Shown here in pieces: positions 55,570-64,000 of a stretch of 64,000 nt of DNA. Both the position numbers and the translations under genes were made by a program. Position 1 is the stretch's first letter. Every line of letters begins with the position of its first letter. The notes below the pieces were generated by a model. It was not told where the DNA came from and made no database searches. It saw only the letters and a program-made list of their open reading frames with translations. The stretch covers positions 290,408,001 to 290,472,000 of the forward strand of contig OZ024743.1 of NCBI GenBank assembly GCA_964016885.1, in the 5' to 3' direction. Source of the stretch: Eledone cirrhosa. Its lineage: Eukaryota.

Positions 55570-56180
55570 TTGACACGCTGAGGTAATTGACGACCATCAA
55601 AGGGAATTGAAAATATTCATGTTGTATAATTCAAACGCATGTTCAAAATATCAACAAAAGTGGGTTGGATATGATACAACTAGATTATATTATGTAATGC
55701 TCTCTCATCAGCGAAATCGACGTAGATGTAACATCCAATCTCGCTAGCTTCAATTCAATGTTCGTGCCTACACTCACCTATGGTCATGAATCTTGTGTAA
55801 GACCGACATAATAATATCGCAAATTGAAGCAAATGAATCTGGGTTCCTCGGAAACGTCTTTGGAGTAACGTTACTCAATTGTGTTAGTAGCTAGGTGATC
55901 GGAAATCGCCTCCTCTAAGGCGCCAGATAGATAAATCACAGCTCCGATACGATCCACATGTTATTAGACTGTGTCAGGAAAGGATCGCTAGAAAGATTTT
56001 AACGGCAAAGCTAGCCGACTGAAGACCCAAAATTAGATCAAAAGCTAGATGGTTAAATAACATAATTGATCTCGGTCGGACTCTTTCGGGGATCCAGCCG
56101 AACAATATCGAGATGGGTGATTCTAATAGGACCTCGTGGAAGGCGTGTTCGAGGGCTCTACACCAATGGCTATACTAGGT
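55570..56180 (+). mobile_element. RTE (Rex3/Expander-like) LINE 3' fragment with (TAA)n tail
   Basis: FNSMFVPTLTYGHES, SQIEANE.GFL, ERIARKIL...RPK.RSKARW...I.DLG...GI, RTSWK. Confidence 0.78.
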
Positions 56181-56233
56181 ATAATAATAATAATAATAAT
56201 AATAATATTAATAATAATAACAATAATAATAAT
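56180..56233. repeat. (AAT)n microsatellite
   Basis: Seen directly. Confidence 0.96.
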
Positions 56234-56494
56234 GATTTCTTTATTAACCACAAGGGTTTACATAAAGTAGACATTAAGGACAGTGCAGGACAATGCAGGA
56301 CGGTACAAATGGGCATTTCTGCGTGTAAAAAACAAAAACAGAGGATGTAACAAAAATAACAATGAAAATAACAATGAAAAATTCCCCAATAGGGGGGAGA
56401 CTTCGGAGGGACATTTGTGGAGAAAGCCCAGTAAAAAGCCACAATGACCCTGACCACCAAGGCAAGTGCCCTCTCCCAGTTTTCCACCTTTAAT

Positions 56495-59400
56495 TTACAG
56501 ATATATACTCAGAGTAGGCCCATTCACTCGGGCCATTCTTGCTTCTCTCACCCATCTTTCAACAAAATGCTGGGAAGAGAGCACTTCCCTCTCTACTCTA
56601 ATTTTCCTTTTCAAATGAAATTTGAAAAAGTCAATCAGAGCATCACCGAAGAGGTAAGTGCTCGTCTTCAGCCCTTTCAAACGTGTCCACCATACTATCT
56701 CTTTCGCCATGGCCACCAGACAGATAAAAACTGCCTGCCCTTCCCGGCTAAAGGAGGAGGGCGGGGCAATCCTCACGATGGACTCAGATGATAGCTGGAT
56801 CCGTCCTAAACGCGACAGCAGGTGTTCGACATAAACCCACAAGTCAGCAATTTTCGGACACTGGACGAGTGCGTGCAGGACGGTTTGGTCGCCCTGCGCG
56901 CATCTCGGACATGCCCAGCTGACGGCACCTCCATGCCTGTAGAGTTTATCCCGAACTGGCAAGGCTCCTCGGTAGCACTGCCAGGCCAGAGATTTCTGGA
57001 AGTTGTCCATAGGCCCCGGCCCGAAAGTTCTTCCGAAGAGATTGGCTAGTTGATTTTCGTCGACGCCTAGAGTTTCCCCAAGTACGTCGTCGCTCTTACC
57101 CTCCACTAATCCTCTATAGAACGCCGAGGTGGAGTTTCCACCGATCACATTGCCCGATTGGTCGAGGGCTGTGAGCGCCTGAAGGCATTCCAGTCTCCAG
57201 GCGCTCCCTCTCGGTCTTCGCTTGACCCAGGACTGCAGCTCCGTCAGGGAAACGAGCTGGGGAAATACGCGCCTAGCAAACGGCGACCACACCTGATCAC
57301 CGTCGAGGAAGAGGTGGAGATGTCGTAGCCTGAGCGCGTGTCTGCGCATCATCAGCCACGGCATGCCCAGTCCTCCACGTAGCGGGTTTGACAGCAGATG
57401 GACCGCCTGACCGTCGAAGCGCGTCCCTTCCACAAAAAGCGAAAGAGCAAACGCTCCAGCGCAGTCAGGCGGGGTTTAGGACAAGGTACGACGGTCAGGC
57501 GGTAGTAGATGACGGACGCGATGTACGCGTTAGCCACCTCCGCTCATTATTTCAGGGATAGCTTCCTCTCGGCCCATTTCTGGGTGAGAGAAGCCACCCT
57601 GCTCGTCACCTCCTCCCAGTTTTTGTCCGTCTGGAGGTCCGGACCGAACCAGACCCCTAGCAATTTAACAGGTCCGTCCCTCTAGCGCCCGACGACGCTG
57701 TTGGATGGCATGGACCTGCCTCTCCAGGTGCCGAGCTGCAGGCCCACTGACTTTTCCTGGTTCATCATTGCTCCTGTCACCTCTTCGTATTCTCTTAGTG
57801 TAGTGCCGATCGCCTCGATGAGTTTGGCGTTCGACACCACTACGGTGACATCGTCGGCATATGCTGACACGGATCTTCCGCATCCTAGTTCGGGCGGGAC
57901 CCCCTCAACGTCTCCAGTTTGTGCAGTAATGTCTCGAGAGTCAATACGTACAAGAGGGATGAGAGGGGACATCCTTGGCGGACCGAGCACATGATGTTGA
58001 ACGGTTCCGAAAGGTGACCATTCACTCTCACCACAGAGCAGATGTCGCTGTGCATGGCAGCGATCCAGCCTATGAAGACGGGCCCAAAGCCAGCCGCCCT
58101 CAGGACTGCCGCTAGGTAACGATGGTCGACCCAATCGAAAGCTTTCGACTGATCTAAATTGATTAAGGACCCACCGTGCCAGGTTCCCTAGCTACCCTCT
58201 CTACGATATATCGCATGAGGTGGAGGTTGTTGTGGATGGATCTGTCGGGAATGGCGCATGTCTGCGCCTCTTCCACCACACCACCAACGACAAGCGCCAA
58301 CCTCTTTGCTAGCACCTTGGCCGAAATCTTGAACTCTGTGTTTAGCAGTTATGGGCCTAAAATTATCTATGTTATCCCCCTTGTTCGGATCCTTTCTCAG
58401 CAGCGCCACCGCTCTTCGGCTCACAGAGCTGAAAATTCTCCCGTTCTGTTGCCAGTTGCAGTAGACGTCCGCAAAGACACCTCCGAACAAGTCTGGCATT
58501 TGTACGTAATGTTCATAGGGCAGACCATCCAAACCAGGCGATTTACCCCTTGTGTAGCCAGTCATTGCCTCCCGTACTTCAGCGGTTGTTATCGGCTTTT
58601 CGCAACACTCCGCCTCAGTGGCCTAGAGCCGCGGCAGTCCGTCGAGGTAGACACTAAAGTCCATCCCTCGATGCCCGCCGCTGCCCCCGAACAGTTGAGC
58701 GAAGTGTCGCTAAAAAGCTTCACACATTTGCCCGGGATCAAGTAGCATTCGCCCGTCGTGGTCCACCAAAGACCGGATCGTGGCTTTGTTGCCACGACGC
58801 GCCTCCGCCACTCAGGCCCATTGAACGGCTTTCGTCCCCTCGTGTCTGAGAGCACGCACCCTAGCTCTGACAACGCAGCCTTCGTGCTTTGCATTGAAGA
58901 ATTGCTCAAGAGCCAATTTCGCCGCAAGTACGTCGGTCGCGATGCCTTTGCAAAGCGCCTCGTCTAATTTTCTAACTAGTTCTCCCTCTGCTCTATTTTT
59001 CTCTATTGCTAAAGCCTTACTAAACCTAATGGACTCTATTCTAATTGCTCTTTTCAGAGCAAACCACCACTTGTTGTTGACGATGACACTATGCGATTTG
59101 TCCAAGTCCCCATTGGTACATTCGGGAAATCCAATCGGTACCTGTCAGACAGTTCAAAACGCCTGAGCAGGTTGGTGAGACTCTTGCACCATACTATCTT
59201 ATCCACTAATCCCACACAATCCCAGCGTGCATCAAAGATCCCGTTCCAGTCGCCCACCAACACTAAAGAGCGGGACGTTCCAAGAAAGGTCTCCAGACGC
59301 CGGAAGTAATCAGGCCGCCCTGCTCCTGTGGGGGCATAGACGGCCACTAACCTGAAAGCTTGCCCGTCTCCGCTCGTCACGTCTAGCACCACCAACTTTC

Positions 59401-59670
59401 CTTCTGGGTCCAGGAAGATGGCCCGTGTGGCAAGACCTACACCTCTCCTAAAAGCACAGCAACTCCTCCCCCCGATCCCGGACGGCTGGGAGATGCGTTC
59501 ATATCGTAGCCGCCGAAGATCGGTGCGGAGGCCCGTGCTTCGGAGATTCTTGTCTCGCTGATGGCCACTACATCTATGTTTAGTGACCTGAGGTCGTTGA
59601 GCAGGTGGCCCTGCTTCCATGACGACCCCAAGCCACGCGCATTTATGCTGCCTATTCTGAGTGAGCTAAT
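56495..59670 (-). pseudogene. Tx1-like ORF2 (APE endonuclease, reverse transcriptase, zf-RVT), frameshifted
   Basis: SINARG, VYAP, LVGDWN; KSPGLDGLP, NFRPI, SAYADDVT; RGGLGMP, CPRC..TVLHALVQC. Spread over several frames, with a ~200 bp EN deletion near 59087 relative to copy A. Confidence 0.9.
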
Positions 59671-59704
59671 GTTGAAATGGAGTGGAAAAGATGGGAAAGA
59701 CCAC

Positions 59705-61613
59705 TTACCTTACTTCTCGTAGAGGAAGGACGGTTTTTCCATCCTTTTCATTGCTTGTGGCCTCCTCAGGAAGGATGTCCTTATAAATCCTCCTGGAGAG
59801 TGCTTGTCGGAAGTCTCCGATGTCTTTGGGGAATTTTTGTTTTAGTGTCATGTACGTTTTCTGTGTGATGCGAGTGATTTGTACGTGTGGAGGTGGTGTG
59901 AATTTTGGGGTTGTTGTGTAGTCTTTTTCTGTGATGCTGGTGTTGTGTTGGATGTAGTGTAATAATTGGTTGTTGTTCAAATTTAATGCTGTGTAGTGTG
60001 TATCGTTTTGGTCGTTTTGTTTTGTTTGAATTTGTTCTGGGTTTGTTTCTGTTCCGCTTTTTGGTGACTTTTGTGGTGTAGGTGATGGTGGAGTTGGGGT
60101 TAATGATTGTGATGGTGTTGGTGTTTGGGGTGATGGGGTTGGTGATGCTGGTGTGGATGGTGGCATATCTGTCCTAACTTTTTCGTTTGTTAATTTATTT
60201 GTTTCCCTCTGTATTTTGTTTTAGGAGGGGGAAGGAAGAGAATGTTTTTTCTTTTATGGTTTCTTTTTTTCTTTTTTCCTGATACCGTTTCCCACTCCTC
60301 GTCATCACAATCTGTCTCCAGTTGTGATAGGCCGGGGAGTGGAAAATCCTCCATAGGCGTTAGTTTTGGTTGTGGCGTGGTGGATGTTGTAGGCGTTGGT
60401 GCTAGTTCTGAAGCGTTGGGTGGTGGTGGTGGTGGTTTTGCTACTGTTGCTGGGGTTGTTGCTGTTATAGTTGCTTCTGTTGTTGCTGCTACAGTTGTTG
60501 CCGCCATCTCTGCTACTGGTGGTGTTGATGGTTGAGTCACTGGGTTCGGTAAGAGAGGTGGCCTCAACCTTTTAGCCTGAGGGCAGAAAGGCCTTAGGTG
60601 CGTTCCTTCTCCACAAACGACACACCTAGGCCTTCTGCCCTCGACAATTACGGTGAGGTGGCTGCCGTCAGTGACGTCTATTACATCTGGGATCTCCTCA
60701 ATGCTTTTTTGGTCCCCTTGGATCAGGAGCTCCATCCCAGATACGGACCAGTTCTCCATTTTTTCTTTTGCTATTGCTATTATCTTGGTGTTGGCTTCGA
60801 TGCCGGCGAGGACGGCCGCTATTAGCCAGGGAATTTCGATGGCCGGTGGAACGTGGGTCACCCTGATCTTTACGAGTCTCTGGCCACAATAGCTTGGGAC
60901 GAGTGTGAAGTCGTCACTTCTTAATGGGGCCATGGAGTGTTCTCTAGCCTCCTCGGGTGTTTCAAAGAACACGCGAAAGCTTTTTGGATTTGGGTCTCGG
61001 ATGCCCGTTCCACTCGGCGCGATTTTACATTGATTGTTCGATACGACACGGTGCATAGGCGCCGCTGCTCCGTTGTATTACGTGGGGGGGGGGGGAGACT
61101 GACCCTGTACCCATCTTTCTTTACCATATTTTTGGCATTTTCTAATTCCTCCTGAGTTACCGTAAATGCTTCGCACTGTTTTGCTACTCTGGCAAAACAC
61201 AGGGTGTGTTTTTTAATGTCATTGTTGCTGTTGTTGTTATCGTTATTTTTGTTATTATTAATTTTAGTTTCAGTTGTGGTGGTGGTGACGTCAGTGGTGT
61301 TCGGTGTCGAAGAATCCATTTTGGTTGAAAACATTTCGACATCACGAGTTGATTTATTTTTTCCTTTTGTTTCTGTTGTCACGGTGGTGGTGGGGGTGGT
61401 GGTTGTCTCGGTGGTGGTGGTAGCGGCGGCTTTAACACCTGCAGTTATTGTTAATGGCGGGAAATGAATGTCTGCCTGAGACAAATTTAAAATATTGCTA
61501 CTGATTAAATTTTTAGTGTTGGCAAACGTAGTAATATTTACAATGGTGGTGTCGGTGTGAGGTGTTAAATTATGAGGAAGGCTGTCAGTTTCGTGTGGCT
61601 GTGAGACTTCCAT
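59705..61613 (-). pseudogene. Tx1-like ORF1 (gag-like, CCHC zinc knuckle, Thr/Pro-rich tracts), frameshifted
   Basis: ORFs 60921..61613, 60190..61056 (CVVCGEGTHLRPFC) and 59705..60166. Confidence 0.85.
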
Positions 61614-61827
61614 GTTTTTTTTTCAAAGAAATTTTTTTTGGATAATTATAAATGTTTAAATTTTGGGCACAAGGCCCCAATCTTTTTGGGTGTCCTTTTC
61701 CGAAAACAATGTATGTGTGCTTATAAACAGTTAACAATGACATTTTCCGTATATGGTAATTTTTAAGAAACAGAAATAACAAACATTTGCGGAGCTCACG
61801 ATGATACGATTTAGTACGTAGGTCGCC

Positions 61828-61880
61828 AATAATAATAATAATAATAATAATAATAATTATAATAATAATAATAATAATAA
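61828..61880. repeat. (AAT)n microsatellite
   Basis: Seen directly. Confidence 0.96.
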
Positions 61881-64000
61881 CTTCGGAGCTAGAGACCTCC
61901 TATATCCGGAATACTCCTACTGTTGGCCCTCCATGCTCACCACCAAGAAATCCAAAGAAAAAGAGAGAAAAATGGTCAAGGGAAGATAATAAAGAAGTCC
62001 TTGAGGCTTTCTACACTGCCATGTACTACCCATCAAATACATCGAATACAGAACAGACATATATCAACTGGAAAAAGAAACATCCCGAAAACAGAGGCTA
62101 TATTGACAGTAACAAACTAGCCAATATACGAAGAAATATTGTAAGAAAAAAGTTACTAACTGATATAGAAATTGATCAGATCAAGCTATTAGCACAAAGT
62201 CATCGAAGGGAAAATGAAACATGTGTCAGTGAAAACGAGGTAAACTGTAACACTTCGAATCCCAGGGTTGGGGCGGAATCACTGGCAACAGAACAAATTA
62301 AAGAAAGGATTGAAAAAGTGGAGGGAGTGCATGCTCAGGATGAAACTCCAAATGAAAATAATGAGATCGTAAATGATAAAGAAATGAATGAGTATGAACT
62401 TGCCAACTTGAAGGATGAAATTATGATCGAATGGATGAAAATGAAAGAATCTGACATGGGGCAACGAGACACCCTCCCTAAGATCCAGAACTCCAAACAG
62501 AACCAAAAGATAATACACAAGACTAACATAATTCTCAAAAACATTATCATCACAAACAAACTAAACATTACTGATTTAAATCATCTCTATTATGCATCGG
62601 CTAAAATCACCACTCACTTATGTGGAGTGAAGATGAAAAAACAAAGGAATTCCCACAAGAAATCTACTTGGCAAGAGAACATCAATCGCCAAATAAACCT
62701 TCTCCGATCTGACATAGAAATTTTAACAAACTATAAAGTAGGTGAACATGTTAAACAAACTAAACTTAGAAAATTGAAAAAAAAGTAAAGTATAAAATCA
62801 ATATGTGACATAGACATGCTAATAGAAATAATCAAGCAAAAAGTGTCCACCAAAGCTGCTCGTATAAGGCGCTTTGAAAAACGATCTAGATTCTATAAGG
62901 ACAATAATATGTTCAAAAACAACCAAAGAAACTTCTACAGAAAAATTGGTAAGTCAACAATAACTGCTAAATCAATACCACCCAAGGAGGAAGTGCAAGA
63001 GTTCTGGGAAAAAATCTGGGCCGAAGAAAAAGTTCATAACATACATGCCCCATGGATAGACAGACAAATGAAAGATACAGCTCACCTTGAGGAACAAACA
63101 TGGGAAAATATAACAGTTGAACAGTTGCGCTTGGCTCTAAGAAAAACCAACAAATGGAAATCCCCAGGAAAAGACAAAATACAAAACGTTTGGTTAAATG
63201 CCTTCACAGAGTCTCATGAGCTGTTAGCCCAACTTTACAATGAAATAGTTAAGGAGCCAGAAAAGATACATTCATGGCTAGTTAACGGCATTACATTCCT
63301 GCTTCCGAAGAATGATGAGACAAACAATCCCAAAAATTACAGACCGATAACTTGCTTGACCACAATGTATAACATTTTAACATCAGTCCTAACTGAATAC
63401 ACATATGACCACCTGATAACAAATGACCTATTTCCCATTGAGCAGAAAGGGTGTAAACGAGGCTCATATAGCTGTAAGGATCAGCTTCTGGTTAACAAAA
63501 TGATGCTGGAAGATTGTCATAATACACACAAAAATCTATCGATTGCTTGGATAGATTATAAAAAAAGCATTTGATAGTTTGCCACACAGTTGGATTGAGA
63601 AATGTTTAGAGATTTTCAAAATGTCCCCCGTTGTCAGGAGGTTTTTGTCATTCAGTATGAAGACATGGAAAACGACACTCCTTTTGAATAGTGAAACAAA
63701 ATCACTGGAAGCTGGAGAAGTTAATATTAATTGTGGAATTTTTCAGGGTGACTCTTTATCACCGCTTTTATTCTGCATCGCACTTATACCATTAAGTAAA
63801 ATGCTCAATGAAACAAAACATGGACATAAAGTCTATGACAAAACCATTAATCACCTGTTCTACATGGATGACCTGAAACTATTTGCAAAAAATGATGACC
63901 AATTGTAAGGGCTATTATCCTCTGTGAAGCAGTTCAGTGATGACATTAAAATGGAGTTTGGACTAGATAAATGCGCCAAAGCAACGTTCACCAGAGGAAA
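61881..64000 (+). mobile_element. R4/Dong-clade LINE, long copy continuing past the window; ORF disrupted
   Basis: WKSPGKDKI, NYRPITCL, EQKGC, SIAWIDYKK, GIFQGDSLSP, YMDD (62021..63908). 63660-64000 is nearly identical to 50290-50630. Confidence 0.93.

Larger units (their letters stand above)
56234..61827 (-). mobile_element. Full-length (~5.6 kb) Tx1-like LINE, copy H, flanked by (AAT)n on both sides
   Basis: 5' GGCGACCTACGTA, ORF1 and ORF2 remnants in order, 3' CCCTTGTGGTTAATAAAGAAATC followed by (ATT)n. Confidence 0.95.

Noticed and set aside
58176-58745. Antisense ORFs over Tx1 RT (also 237..446)
   Set aside because: Shadow frames of GC-rich RT coding sequence.

Overview
Repeat-saturated, AT-rich animal genomic DNA with no host gene that I can support. 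The SINE families look like ones I recall from octopod cephalopods (inference, not verified). The window holds: (1) eight copies of a Tx1-like (L1-clade) LINE, one full-length but decayed (56234-61827), whose preserved ends usually abut (AAT)n/(TTA)n tracts; (2) two R4/Dong-like LINEs with a restriction-like endonuclease, in the same tracts but on the opposite strand; (3) CR1 and RTE LINE remnants, including an internally deleted RTE derivative; (4) about ten tRNA-derived SINE copies; (5) three Penelope-like GIY-YIG remnants and about eleven intact or decayed minimal type I hammerhead ribozyme motifs, mostly near (TA)n tracts; (6) two non-autonomous Helitron-like elements. The best leads are: a splice-signal-bounded spacer whose removal would fuse Tx1 ORF1 and ORF2 in frame; a 3'-terminal motif (CCTTGTG-N7-8-AGAAA-N2-3-(ATT)n) shared by the SINE and the Tx1 LINE, together with an ATTAT target preference, suggesting a microsatellite-targeting LINE/SINE pair; a TGA at a cysteine of a Penelope/Naiad CxCx5C motif (possible selenocysteine); and hammerheads with large branched helix II insertions. 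All alignments and folds were done by eye, so element boundaries are approximate.
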